In this document: positions 8,462 to 19,855 of the stretch, piece by piece | Layout: each line of letters starts with the position of its first letter | How positions within the stretch are numbered: position 1 is the first letter of the stretch | NCBI GenBank assembly: GCA_033809515.1 | Contig: JAPXLN010000006.1 | Location: forward strand, 15,186-79,185 | Direction: 5' to 3' | DNA: 64,000 nucleotides | From: Bacillota bacterium | Lineage (GTDB): Bacteria; Bacillota; Sulfobacillia; Fermentithermobacillales; Fermentithermobacillaceae | The notes under the pieces: generated by a model | Seen by the model: the letters and a program-made list of their open reading frames with translations, nothing else | What the model was told of the DNA's origin: nothing | Database searches by the model: none | Made by a program: the position numbers and the translations under genes

Positions 8462-10540
8462 TTATTCGAGCCCGACCTGGTAGTCGTAGACTATCTGGGA
8501 TATGCGGCCGATATACTCAAACCCCAGTTCCACGTCGTCGTGGCCCTTGGACATGATTGACAGAATGTAGGGACGATCTGCGTAGATTATGCCCACGTCG
8601 TCAGCTACTCCTGTTATGTCGCCTTCCTTGTGGCCTACCTCTACTCTGTCGCCGATGAACCGGTTTAGCCCTGTGTTCCAGATTGTGTGGGACAGGTCGT
8701 ACATGAGTTTTTCGCCTTCGGCGTTTGACCGGGCAAAGTTTAGGGCCGCTTCCATGTAGGTTGCCATGTCCCTGGCCGTTGAGATGTTCTGGCCTCCGGG
8801 ATAGACGACCGTGCCTCCCAGGGTCCTCATGAAACCGGCGATGTTACCTACTCCAAGCCTTCGCTCGAGCATTTTCCAGGCTACGTTGTCGCTTTCAACG
8901 ATAGCCTTTTCGGCCAGTTCTCTCATGGAGAAGCTGTCCCCGTCCTTAGCCGTGAATTGGAGCGATCCTGCGCCGCCCCTCCAATCTCTGTCGGAGTTGT
9001 ACGTCAGACGCTCGTTCCATGACAGTTTCCCCTGGGACACAAGGTTTGCGACGTAGAGCACGACGGGCACCTTTACAGTGCTTGCTGCCGGCACCGGAAG
9101 GTCTTCATTTATGCCAAAGGTCTTGCCTGAGGTCAGATCCTTGAAGAAGATGCCCCATTGTCCTCCCAGCCCGGAAACGTAGTCCTGGAGCTCGTCTTTT
9201 AGTTCAGCATAGCTGGGATTCCAGGGATCCTGGCTTTCGCCTGGGCTTGCGGTTCCACCGGAGCTTCCGCTGCCACCGGAGACACTCATTTTGCTGATGA
9301 TATCCATGCCTCTGATGCCGTGCAATGACTCGTTTGTGTAGCCTAGCCTTTGCCGGCAAATCCGCCACACTGCGCCTGTTCCGGATTTACCTGAGTACCC
9401 TGCGCCCTCTGTTTGGGTAACCCCCATGTCAACCAGATAGAGGCAGCCGTCAGGTCCGAACTCGGCATCTACGAGCCTGTTGAAGCCGGTGAGGCTGTCG
9501 CCTGCAGGAATGTTGGTCTTGTTCTGGGCAAAAACATGGGATGCGCCTGTTTCGGGGTCCAGTCTCAATACCTGGCTTGCGGATCCCTGCTTTGAGGTCA
9601 TGGAGGTCCACAGGCGGGAGCTCCCATGTTCCAGGGACCCAAAGGTTGTCAGGTAAACGTCGTTGGGAGAACCAAAACGCACAGGCGCAACGTCGCAATG
9701 CATTGTGGCATTCTGCGGTATGGTGGTTATGCGCACGGGAGGAGCGCCTGTGGTGCCGCTGCGGTACCCGGGGGCGATTTCCGGACCGCCCTCAGTCCCT
9801 GAAGGTCCCTGGCCCTCTTTGCCCTTGCCCTGCATCACGCCCTGAACCACAATTAGCGCAGGGTCGTCGCCTGATAGGAACCCAAAGGCATACGGGCCGG
9901 TCAGCCCTGATACCACAAGGTTCTTTTCAATGCTCTGGCCTGCGGCTGCGGGGTCTATCCGGAATATGGCGCCCTTTGCCGTACCTGTGGCAGGGGCGCC
10001 GGTGCCTAGGTAGATCATTCTGTCGGGGCCGACCTTGACGCTAAGCGGAACCCCGTATTGAGAAGGCGCTTCTACTAGGTCCTGCCTTACTCCGGCGGTG
10101 AACGCTGATAGCATGTTCTCGTGAGCTACGTACATAGTGCCGTCGTGGAACCGGATATCTGCAATGCTTTTCAGCCCGGTAATGACTGAAGCGCTGGTTT
10201 CGCTGTCAATGCGCAATACACGGCCCGGCGCAGTTTGGTTTGTCCGGGCGACCGAAGCGCTGATGGATGAGGCAGCCTCAGCCACGTACATCCGGCCCAT
10301 GTCATCCCAGGTGACTGAAGCCGGCGAAGTGAGACCTGTTACGACAGCTTCAATGTGGTAACCTGCAGGGAGCACCACCGGGTTGGTGCCGGCACGGGCC
10401 GGTCGTATGATGAGCGTTGCAGCAGAAACTATTGCTAAAAGGCCAACGAGAATTCCCCAGAACACTCTCTTTGACACGACATAGATTCCTCCCAGGGCAA
10501 AGTTCCTGTCGTAAGTATGTCCCCGGGAGGATCGAAGCAA
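8462..10540 (-). CDS. secreted/membrane-anchored fusion protein: N-terminal beta-propeller (sorbosone-dehydrogenase/NHL-like) + C-terminal class-A beta-lactamase-like serine-hydrolase domain
   Basis: N-terminal hydrophobic anchor VFWGILVGLLAIVSAATLII. Propeller-like repeats occupy residues ~40-430. The C-terminal domain aligns to class-A beta-lactamases: STVK (SxxK), ESDN (SDN), and HKEGD in place of KTG. Confidence 0.55.
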   Translation of the reverse strand: MLRSSRGHTYDRNFALGGIYVVSKRVFWGILVGLLAIVSAATLIIRPARAGTNPVVLPAGYHIEAVVTGLTSPASVTWDDMGRMYVAEAASSISASVARTNQTAPGRVLRIDSETSASVITGLKSIADIRFHDGTMYVAHENMLSAFTAGVRQDLVEAPSQYGVPLSVKVGPDRMIYLGTGAPATGTAKGAIFRIDPAAAGQSIEKNLVVSGLTGPYAFGFLSGDDPALIVVQGVMQGKGKEGQGPSGTEGGPEIAPGYRSGTTGAPPVRITTIPQNATMHCDVAPVRFGSPNDVYLTTFGSLEHGSSRLWTSMTSKQGSASQVLRLDPETGASHVFAQNKTNIPAGDSLTGFNRLVDAEFGPDGCLYLVDMGVTQTEGAGYSGKSGTGAVWRICRQRLGYTNESLHGIRGMDIISKMSVSGGSGSSGGTASPGESQDPWNPSYAELKDELQDYVSGLGGQWGIFFKDLTSGKTFGINEDLPVPAASTVKVPVVLYVANLVSQGKLSWNERLTYNSDRDWRGGAGSLQFTAKDGDSFSMRELAEKAIVESDNVAWKMLERRLGVGNIAGFMRTLGGTVVYPGGQNISTARDMATYMEAALNFARSNAEGEKLMYDLSHTIWNTGLNRFIGDRVEVGHKEGDITGVADDVGIIYADRPYILSIMSKGHDDVELGFEYIGRISQIVYDYQVGLE

Positions 10541-10553
10541 ACGAGCTCCTGAT

Positions 10554-11408
10554 TCACCTGGCTATCGGGTAAAGGACGATTCCGATCATGCCCGGACCGC
10601 CGTGAATAGCCAGTGCAGGCCCAATTTCGCTAATGTGCAGTTCCTTGACATCAATTCGCCGCCTGATGAGCGCGGCAAAGTTTTCAGCTTCTTCCAGGGC
10701 GTTGGCATGAACTACGGACACGACTGCAGGCAAGTTTCCCACAGCTTCAGCAGCCAGATCGGCAACTTTTGAAAGAGCTCGGGAAAAGGTTCTGACGTGG
10801 TCTACGATTTTGACCATGCCGCCTTTGATCTCGATGACCGGCTTGATTGAAAGCAGTGAGGCCAGTGCTGCTTGTCCTTGACGAACCCTGCCGCTTCGTC
10901 GGAGATACTTGAGGGTGGGTATTGCGCCGAACATGTGGATCTTTGACCTCAGGGAATCCAATCCGGCCAGGATCTCCTCCTTGTTCAGGCCTGCAGCAGC
11001 AGCTCTTGCAGCTTCCATCGCCAGGAATCCGACCCCCATAGAAGCTGCTTTGGAGTCGTATACTGTAACGTCAACCTCAGGCACAGCTTCTGCAGCTATG
11101 GCTGCAGCCTGGCAGGTAGCGCTTCCGTCAGCCGTAACGTGTATAGAGATGATCTCCTTGACCGTCTTGGACAATGACTTGTAGGCCTCCAGAAACTCGT
11201 TAGGGGGTGGGCTCGAGGTGGTTGGCATGGTTGGGCCGTCGAGTTTCTCATAGAACTCTTCTGTGGAAAGGTCCATTCCGTCTCGATAGGTGGCATCTCC
11301 AATCTGTACCCAGATAGGTACTACCATTATGCTGTTTTCCTGCTTCATTTTGGCAGTAAGGCCGGAGGCGCTGTCGGTTACCACTGCAAGATTCTTCATG
11401 TGCACCAT
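10554..11408 (-). CDS. degV: DegV family fatty-acid-binding protein
   Basis: LAVVTDSASGL, VPIWVQIGDATYRDGMDLSTEEFYEKL and PTTSSPPPNEFLEAYKSL match the DegV family closely. Confidence 0.75.
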   Translation of the reverse strand: MVHMKNLAVVTDSASGLTAKMKQENSIMVVPIWVQIGDATYRDGMDLSTEEFYEKLDGPTMPTTSSPPPNEFLEAYKSLSKTVKEIISIHVTADGSATCQAAAIAAEAVPEVDVTVYDSKAASMGVGFLAMEAARAAAAGLNKEEILAGLDSLRSKIHMFGAIPTLKYLRRSGRVRQGQAALASLLSIKPVIEIKGGMVKIVDHVRTFSRALSKVADLAAEAVGNLPAVVSVVHANALEEAENFAALIRRRIDVKELHISEIGPALAIHGGPGMIGIVLYPIAR

Positions 11409-11561
11409 GCTCCTTTGCGGGGGTCAAGGAAGCGTTTTCAGATCCAGTATATACCTGTCAGGAGCTCAATGCCAAGCATTGCCGGGGACTTGCATTGGGA
11501 AAATAAGCCTGTGGAACCGGCGAGTATTGCCAATTTATGGGGGTTGTGGTAGGCTGTTGTC

Positions 11562-12209
11562 ATGCTACGAAGGATGGATTTGGCAGTATATGCACTCACG
11601 GCGATCCTGCTGGTTATCACCGCCAGCCTCTGGTGGGTGGGTATGCGCCCGGTAGGAAGGGTGGAACCGGAGGCGGTAGCTATGGCGCGTCCAAATGGTC
11701 CGGATGGTCCGGATGTGAACGAGCAGTCCGGAACCCATGGGTCAGCCACAGACCAAACCGGGTCGGCACAGGAGCGTATAATCGTAGTCCACATTGCGGG
11801 AGCGGTAAAGACTCCGGGAGTCTACCACATAAAAGAGGGGCAAAGGTTGTACCAGGCTCTGGAACTGGCTGAGCCTCTTGAAGACGCCGATCTTGATGCA
11901 CTGAACCTGGCGGGCATTCTCAGAGATTCAGAGAAGGTATACGTGCCCAAAAAGGGCCAAGTAGGTTCAGGCAACACGGATGGAGGCTCCGGAACCCGGC
12001 CTCAGGAACTCAGGTTTCCCATTGATATCAACTCTGCAACAGCCCAGGAGCTTGATTTGCTTCCCGGCATTGGCCCTGTCCTTGCAGATGCCATTGTGCG
12101 GTACCGGACTGACAACGGGCCCTTCAGACGGCCGGAGGACATCAAGAACGTTCCGGGAATAGGTGAAAAGACGTACCAGAAGTTTGCAGGGCTTATTGTG
12201 GCCCGGTGA
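11562..12209 (+). CDS. comEA: competence protein ComEA (SLBB + helix-hairpin-helix DNA-binding)
   Basis: N-terminal TM segment, then HIAGAVKTPGVYHIKEGQRLYQAL, and a C-terminal HhH INSATAQELDLLPGIGPVLADAIVRYR...NVPGIGEKTYQK. Confidence 0.75.
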   Translation: MLRRMDLAVYALTAILLVITASLWWVGMRPVGRVEPEAVAMARPNGPDGPDVNEQSGTHGSATDQTGSAQERIIVVHIAGAVKTPGVYHIKEGQRLYQALELAEPLEDADLDALNLAGILRDSEKVYVPKKGQVGSGNTDGGSGTRPQELRFPIDINSATAQELDLLPGIGPVLADAIVRYRTDNGPFRRPEDIKNVPGIGEKTYQKFAGLIVAR

Positions 12210-12275
12210 ACGGTGTGCAAACTCAAGGCACTCCCTTGCTATGTCCTGTCAGTCGCATGAAGAATGCCCAAAGAG

Positions 12276-12305
12276 TTGACAACAGGCTTCTGGACTATCT
12301 ATAAT
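12276..12305 (+). promoter_or_regulatory. sigma-A promoter of groESL: TTGACA (12276-12281), 18-nt spacer, TATAAT (12300-12305)
   Basis: Consensus hexamers seen in the sequence, immediately upstream of the CIRCE element. Confidence 0.6.
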
Positions 12306-12314
12306 ATCCCTCGG

Positions 12315-12341
12315 TTAGCACTCACAACCCGTGAGTGCTAA
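12315..12341 (+). promoter_or_regulatory. CIRCE element (HrcA operator) TTAGCACTC-N9-GAGTGCTAA, perfect consensus
   Basis: The sequence is TTAGCACTCacaacccgtGAGTGCTAA. It sits between the promoter and the groES start. Confidence 0.9.
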
Positions 12342-12385
12342 CAACAGGGGTTACCTGTACAACTTTACATAAGGGGGGTTTTCTC

Positions 12386-12676
12386 TTGGCACTGAAGCCA
12401 CTGGCCGACCGCGTGGTAGTGAAGCCGGTTCAAGCGGAGGAAAAGACTAAGGGGGGAATCGTCCTTCCGGATACCGCTAAGGATAAGCCGCAAGAAGGGG
12501 AAGTGATTGCGGTTGGACCCGGTCGTATCCTGGATGACGGGACCAGGCTTGCTCCTGAAGTCAAGGTGGGCGACAGGGTTATCTACTCCAAGTACAGCGG
12601 TACCGAGGTCAAAATTGAAGGCGAGGAGCACCTCGTTGTTCGCGAGAGCGACATTCTTGCCATCAAGACACAGTAG
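12386..12676 (+). CDS. groES: co-chaperonin GroES (start TTG at 12386; the ORF-track start 12335 overlaps the CIRCE element and is rejected)
   Basis: [56 protein letters not shown] lies 9 nt upstream of the TTG. Confidence 0.9.
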   Translation: MALKPLADRVVVKPVQAEEKTKGGIVLPDTAKDKPQEGEVIAVGPGRILDDGTRLAPEVKVGDRVIYSKYSGTEVKIEGEEHLVVRESDILAIKTQ

Positions 12677-12726
12677 CGAGATTCAGCAGGAAAGGCTAGG
12701 CATGCGAGAACGATTCTACTTCTTAG

Positions 12727-14373
<1,647 letters not shown>

Positions 14374-14550
14374 TTCGCAGTGCCAGAGGGCCAGGGCGCC
14401 CTTTCGGCGCGACGGACTGCAAGCAAGATTCCCCCGGGGGCGAAAGCTCCCGGGGATCCTTATTTTATGGAACAAAAACCCGTGCCCTTCGTCTATGGGA
14501 TCTGGGGATCGGACGGGGTAACGTTCATAGACTGGGGGAGGCGGAGGCTC

Positions 14551-16107
14551 ATGAAGCGAGTTCCGGTCAGATGGATAGTGGTTGGCGCTGTGGTGCTTGC
14601 CATTGCAGGTCTGGGGTACTGGGGAATTAGGGCCATGTCTGCAGGCGAAGAGGGCCAGTTGGTCATGGCTTTGAAGCCTGTGACCAGGGGAGATATCGAG
14701 GTTATGGTCCGTGGATGGGGCCAGCTTCAAGCTACTGAAGAAAGGGATGTACTTGCAGGCGCGTCCGGCGTGATCCAGTCGGTCTTGTTTCGACCTGATG
14801 AGCCTGTGCAAAAGGGACAGGTGCTGGCCACCATTGATGCTGGGTCTCTTTCGGTTACGCTTAAGCAAAAGGAAATTGCCCTTGAAGCAGAAAGGATCAA
14901 ACTTGCACGAGCTTTTGGCGTTTCACCGGCTCAAGTAGCCAGTGTTCAGCCTGAGGCAGCCCTTGTCTTAAGGAGTCCCAGCGCCGGCAAGGTGATCAAT
15001 TTGTCGGTGGAAACCGGTTCTGCAGTGACAGGTCCGGTGTGCAAGGTAGTTGACGACTCATCTCTGTTGATCAAGATTCAGCTTTCCAAGACGTTTTTCG
15101 ACCAGACAGAACTGGGGACCAAGACCACATTTCTTCCCACAAGGTTTGCCGGGGAGAATCCGGGCAAGGTAGTGCGCAAGGATCCCACACCTATCAGCGG
15201 GTCTGATACATACTACTATGAAGTGTGGATCGAAATGAAGAATCCCGGGCTTCTCAAAGTCGGTGATGACGGGATACTGATGATCCATGGCTCCGGAGGG
15301 GACATACAGCAAAAGACAAGCATTACCGCTGTTGGGGCTGAGGAAACCGTGACAGCGTCGTTTGCGGGTAAGGTCAAGCAGGTCTTCGTGAGAGAGGGCA
15401 TGGTTGTCAAGGCAGGGGACCCTCTTTTAGAGTTTGAAGCAGGAGAGGCCCTCCTAAACGCCATGACAGCTCAGCTGGAATTCAGGAGGCTTTCCCTGGA
15501 GGTGGAAGATCTCCGGTCCCAGATGCAGAACCTGGAGATCCTTGCGCCAATCGATGGAGTAGCCTGGGGCGTATACGTCACCGTAGGGCAGACGGTGTCT
15601 AAGGGCGCTCAGATCACGCGCATATGCAACTACACTCAGATGAACCTTTCCCTGCGAGTGGATGAGATAGACATTCCGAAACTAGAGGTGGGCCAGGAAG
15701 CGCAAGCTTTGATCTGGGGACGTGAAGGCCGCCAATCAGTCCCGGCAGTCTTATCCCGGTTAGGAAGCAAGGGAGACCCTCAGGATGGGTTGGCAGGATT
15801 CAGCGTTACTCTGTCCATTGATAACCCCGGATTCCTGCGGCCGGGCATGGGGGCCGAGGCTGAGATATACGTTTCCAAGAAGGAGAACGTGCTTCTGTGT
15901 CCCGTTGAAGCAGTGTACAAAGAGGAAGACAAGTGGTTTGTCGATATGAAAGACGGCAAGGACAGAAAGCCGGTGGAAGTCCGGATTGGCCTCATGAACG
16001 ATCGGTTTGCTGAGATACTGGAGGGGATTTCTGAAGGTCAGGAAGTTGTTGTAGGCATGAGCAAGCAGCCTTCAGATCCGGGAGGCGGGACAATCATGCC
16101 TTTCTAG
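14551..16107 (+). CDS. HlyD/MacA-family efflux periplasmic adaptor (membrane fusion protein); ORF-track N-terminal extension from 14380 rejected
   Basis: ATG at 14551 follows GGAGG. N-terminal TM WIVVGAVVLAIAGL. It has the lipoyl-like/beta-barrel architecture of membrane fusion proteins. It is long for its family (518 aa). Confidence 0.6.
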   Translation: MKRVPVRWIVVGAVVLAIAGLGYWGIRAMSAGEEGQLVMALKPVTRGDIEVMVRGWGQLQATEERDVLAGASGVIQSVLFRPDEPVQKGQVLATIDAGSLSVTLKQKEIALEAERIKLARAFGVSPAQVASVQPEAALVLRSPSAGKVINLSVETGSAVTGPVCKVVDDSSLLIKIQLSKTFFDQTELGTKTTFLPTRFAGENPGKVVRKDPTPISGSDTYYYEVWIEMKNPGLLKVGDDGILMIHGSGGDIQQKTSITAVGAEETVTASFAGKVKQVFVREGMVVKAGDPLLEFEAGEALLNAMTAQLEFRRLSLEVEDLRSQMQNLEILAPIDGVAWGVYVTVGQTVSKGAQITRICNYTQMNLSLRVDEIDIPKLEVGQEAQALIWGREGRQSVPAVLSRLGSKGDPQDGLAGFSVTLSIDNPGFLRPGMGAEAEIYVSKKENVLLCPVEAVYKEEDKWFVDMKDGKDRKPVEVRIGLMNDRFAEILEGISEGQEVVVGMSKQPSDPGGGTIMPF

Positions 16108-16137
16108 AGACGCTGGGGCCGGAGGAGGGACGACAGA

Positions 16138-17298
16138 TTGCAGTTACATGACCTGATTGCGATTTCCATGAGGGGGCTTACCGGTAACAAGATGCGCTCA
16201 GCCTTGACTATGCTGGGCGTCATCATCGGTGTTGCTTCGGTGATTTCGCTTGTATCGGTAGGGGAAGGGGCCAAGCAGGACGTCATAGCTAACTTCGAGA
16301 GCATAGGGACTAACATGCTGAAGTTGTACATGCAAAGGTGGGACGTGCGCCTTACCCTGGAGCAGGTGGTCGAACTCAGAGACAGGGTGCCCGACATGCA
16401 GCTGGCCATGCCCATGACATACTGGTGGGCGCCGGTTACATATGAAGGGAAGGAACGCCACTTCGAGGCACAGGGAGTAACCGAGGTGTTCCCTGTAATA
16501 AGGGATCATCCGTTGTACCAGGGAAGGTTCTTCACCGCCGTTGAGAACGAGATATCCAGACCGGTTGCGGTTCTGGGCTGGCAGGTGGTGCAGGAGCTCT
16601 TTGCAGGACGTAACCCTGTGGGCAAAACAATCTACCTTAACCAGCGTCCTTTTGAGGTCATCGGGGTTCTCGAGGAGAAGGGGCAGTACCTGGGAGAAGG
16701 CGTAGACCGCATAATATTCGTACCCCTGTCGGTGGCCCAAAGAGGTCGGGGCACCAACAGAGTGGACATAGTCTACATGAAGGCCAGAAGCAAAGACACA
16801 GTTCCTGTAGTGCAGGTGAGCGTAGAAAGGATATTCGAGTCAAGATACGGTCCTGAATCTGTCCAAGTCTGGACTCAGCAGTCTATGCTGGACCAGCTGC
16901 AGCAGTCAAACCGCACCATGACTCTCATGCTGGGTGCCATAGCCGGCGTATCGCTGCTGGTAGGCGGTATCGGCGTCATGAACATAATGCTGGTGTCCGT
17001 TGCCGAGCGTACCCGGGAGATCGGGCTCAGAATGGCCGTAGGCGCCAAACGGCACCAGGTGGCGCTGCAGTTTCTCATAGAGTCGGCTCTTTTGTGTTCC
17101 TTCGGAGGCCTAATCGGTGTAGCTGCAGGGCTGGGAGGTTCCCGTCTTGTATCCAAACTGGGACCAAAGACTGTCATATCTCCTGTCTCTGTGTTCATAG
17201 CTTTTGGCTTTGCGGTGCTCGTAGGGTTCCTGTTTGGCGTGTACCCTGCTGTAAGAGCTTCACGCCTTGCCCCTGTAGATGCCTTAAGAAGCGAATAG
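16138..17298 (+). CDS. ABC transporter permease, MacB/FtsX family (no ATPase domain)
   Basis: N-terminal TM, a large periplasmic MacB-like domain, and a C-terminal FtsX 3-TM bundle with the typical ERTREIGLRMAVGA motif. Confidence 0.7.
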   Translation: MQLHDLIAISMRGLTGNKMRSALTMLGVIIGVASVISLVSVGEGAKQDVIANFESIGTNMLKLYMQRWDVRLTLEQVVELRDRVPDMQLAMPMTYWWAPVTYEGKERHFEAQGVTEVFPVIRDHPLYQGRFFTAVENEISRPVAVLGWQVVQELFAGRNPVGKTIYLNQRPFEVIGVLEEKGQYLGEGVDRIIFVPLSVAQRGRGTNRVDIVYMKARSKDTVPVVQVSVERIFESRYGPESVQVWTQQSMLDQLQQSNRTMTLMLGAIAGVSLLVGGIGVMNIMLVSVAERTREIGLRMAVGAKRHQVALQFLIESALLCSFGGLIGVAAGLGGSRLVSKLGPKTVISPVSVFIAFGFAVLVGFLFGVYPAVRASRLAPVDALRSE

Positions 17299-17335
17299 GA
17301 AGGATTCTTCGGCGGTGCCATAGAAGCACTATATT

Positions 17336-19807
17336 ATGGCACCGCTGTTATTATTAAGGAGATGGCTTGGCCTTGCCCGCCTGAGAAGAGCTGCAAAGCA
17401 AGAGAAACGTCCCGGGCGCAAGGCGCTCCCCCTGCAAAAGGTCGCGCTTTTGGGCCCATGCATAGCTGCCCTTTGGGGCGCGACTTTCCCTTCTAAGACA
17501 GGTTGCGCCCTGTCTTTTGCGGGGGCCCTTGGGCTTGTGCTTTGCTCCTTTGCGGCACGACAAAGGCACCGCAAAAGGGCCCGCAAAGCCCTGGCCTTCT
17601 CGGTTATCCTGGTCACATCTTGTCTTTTCGCCTTAAGAGGGTTCCACTGGCAGAGCTGTGCCGCTTTGGCAGAGAAACTGGCCTCTGAAGGGGTTTCCGT
17701 GACCTTGACCCTCAGGGTTGCCCGTCTGCCCCAGCAGTCAGAAAGCAAATACGGCGGCCAAACCTCGCTGCACTTCACAGGCGAAGTACTTTCGGCCTCA
17801 ACCGAAGCTTCCGGCCCACTGGAAGGCCGGCTTCGGGGCCAGAAAGTGTCTGTCCGGACCTACGGCAGCAGAGGGATTGCCCCCGGTTGTGGCGACGTTG
17901 TGGTGGTGAAGTGCAAATTCACACATGTCCGGCGCGCCATGAACCCAGGAGAGTTTGATGAGCGGCGCTATCTCCAGAGCAAGAGGATCTTTTACGCAGC
18001 TGCAGGCACCATCCAGGAGATCCATCCGGATCGCCGGGACTCTTTAGCTGCCGCTCTACTGCGAGTTATTCGCCTTGAGCCGGTCACAACCATGATGAGA
18101 GACGTCCTTGACCAAAACCTTCCTCAAGATGACAGCGCCGTCCTCAAAGGGATTCTTCTGGGAGAAGACGGCGACATCAGCAAGCCGGATATCCAGGACT
18201 TTCGCCGGTCAGGACTATATCGCTTTTTGAGCGTAACGGGATTCCACATCGAACTGGCAGCCAGAGTCGTAGAGAAGGCAGGAACCCGGCTTACGAGAAA
18301 ACGAGGATTCCCCTGTTTTCTGGGCGCATCTGCCGCTCTATGCCTAGGTCAGCTTGCCGGATGGACGGCCGGCTCCATACGGGCTGCCACCTGCTGTTCC
18401 ATGCGCCTTCTCTCATATGGCTTCAGGGCCAGGTACGACACAATAGCCGGACTCTCTCTGGCCGGGCTCCTGACAGCGTGGGCCATCCCCTTTCCACTGC
18501 AAGACGCCGGGTTCAAGCTATCCTTCGCAGGTTCCCTGGGCGCCTGGGCCGGAAGAAGATATCCGGGCAGATTTCACATGCTCCTGGTCCTTGTTCCTAT
18601 GATGGCCGCCACCTTCCAGGAGGTATCTGCTGCCGGTTTGCTTCTTGGAGGGTTCTGGATGGGGATCCTTGCATGCCTGATTCCCCTTTGCCTTGCGCTG
18701 CTCCTGGTTCCCAAAGCCTGGGCTGCCTTAGGCTGGGCCCCTCATCTAATGCTTCGGGGGATCCGGGTCGTGTCCTCGCAGGTATCCTCGATTCCGCTTT
18801 CAACCTGGGCAGTTTTTTGCCCGACCACAGCCGAGCTGACCCTGTGGTACGCTATCCTCGGTCTTTGGTGCCTTCAACAGGAAAGGGCCGCCAGGCGGAC
18901 CGGGGATCCGCGAAGTCTTGTGAGGAAACGCAGGTCTTCTCTTACCGCCCTTGGCCTGGCATGTTTCCCGGCCCTGGCCTGTTGCCTGCTTATACTGGCC
19001 TCACTGCGAGTCTGCCTTCCCTGGCCCGAGATAATCTTCCTAAGTGTGGGTCAGGGTGACTGCGCCGTAGCCCGGTACAGGAAAACCACCGTCATAATCG
19101 ATACAGGGACCCCCGAAGCCTTCGCCGGGCATGTCCTTCCCTATCTCAGGAGGCAGGGTCTAAACCAGGTGGACCTGGCCGTCATCTCCCACCTGCATTC
19201 CGACCACGTTGGGGGTGCGCCTTCCCTTTGTGAACAGGTGCGCCTTGGGGGTTTTCTTACGGCTAAAGGGACAGCCAAAGCTCTTGAGAATCTGCTTTTG
19301 GCAGAGTCTTCGGGGCACGCCAAGCCAACGGTAACCGAGGCTGAGGGCGGCAAGTGGTACAGGGTTGGCAGTTTCCTTCTGTACGTGTGCGATTCACTTC
19401 CTTCTCCTGACGCAGCTATGTCCGGAGACCTCAATGAGGCAAGCTTGATAGTGCTCTTGTACACAGACAAAGGTCGTCTTTTGGCAGAGTTCTGGGGGGA
19501 TGCCACTGCCCCGGCCATACAGCGAGCTTTGCCCGGCATCAGACTGGATACGCCAGGACAAAATGGCGTGTGGGCGGTGAAAGTCCCCCATCATGGAAGC
19601 AAGGACTCGCTGGTAAGCGGATTTTACGATAGACTGGACGGTGGAATAGCTATTGTATCTGTAGGTTCCAACGCTTATGGTCATCCCTCACCCGAGGCCA
19701 TATCCATGCCAGGGGAGAGAGGGCTCTCGGTGTTCCGGACTGATAGGACCGGAGGAGTGACGGTGACCTTTCTGAGGGGAGTAAGGGCCAGGGCGTTCGT
19801 TAGATAG
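17336..19807 (+). CDS. comEC: DNA internalization competence protein ComEC/Rec2 with C-terminal metallo-beta-lactamase domain; true start uncertain
   Basis: Polytopic membrane core, plus a C-terminal VISHLHSDHVGG motif and the HHGS motif of the MBL fold. Confidence 0.8.
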   Translation: MAPLLLLRRWLGLARLRRAAKQEKRPGRKALPLQKVALLGPCIAALWGATFPSKTGCALSFAGALGLVLCSFAARQRHRKRARKALAFSVILVTSCLFALRGFHWQSCAALAEKLASEGVSVTLTLRVARLPQQSESKYGGQTSLHFTGEVLSASTEASGPLEGRLRGQKVSVRTYGSRGIAPGCGDVVVVKCKFTHVRRAMNPGEFDERRYLQSKRIFYAAAGTIQEIHPDRRDSLAAALLRVIRLEPVTTMMRDVLDQNLPQDDSAVLKGILLGEDGDISKPDIQDFRRSGLYRFLSVTGFHIELAARVVEKAGTRLTRKRGFPCFLGASAALCLGQLAGWTAGSIRAATCCSMRLLSYGFRARYDTIAGLSLAGLLTAWAIPFPLQDAGFKLSFAGSLGAWAGRRYPGRFHMLLVLVPMMAATFQEVSAAGLLLGGFWMGILACLIPLCLALLLVPKAWAALGWAPHLMLRGIRVVSSQVSSIPLSTWAVFCPTTAELTLWYAILGLWCLQQERAARRTGDPRSLVRKRRSSLTALGLACFPALACCLLILASLRVCLPWPEIIFLSVGQGDCAVARYRKTTVIIDTGTPEAFAGHVLPYLRRQGLNQVDLAVISHLHSDHVGGAPSLCEQVRLGGFLTAKGTAKALENLLLAESSGHAKPTVTEAEGGKWYRVGSFLLYVCDSLPSPDAAMSGDLNEASLIVLLYTDKGRLLAEFWGDATAPAIQRALPGIRLDTPGQNGVWAVKVPHHGSKDSLVSGFYDRLDGGIAIVSVGSNAYGHPSPEAISMPGERGLSVFRTDRTGGVTVTFLRGVRARAFVR

Positions 19808-19855
19808 CTCTAACTTTCTGGAATTCAGATCCTTTGACGAGGTTGGTGAACCCTG

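Noticed and set aside
9541-10038. Plus-strand ORFs (165 aa and others) inside the 8462-10540 minus-strand gene
   Set aside because: They overlap a continuous 692-aa ORF that has coherent domain architecture. They are Arg/Pro/Gly-rich low-complexity translations typical of antisense GC-rich DNA.
12335-12385. Extended GroES start from the ORF track
   Set aside because: It would require translation through the CIRCE operator. GroES homologues start at the position of the TTG at 12386, which has a strong RBS.
14380-14550. N-terminal 57-aa extension of the HlyD adaptor ORF
   Set aside because: Low-complexity, non-membrane sequence overlapping the groEL terminator region. A good RBS-ATG at 14551 begins the signal anchor.
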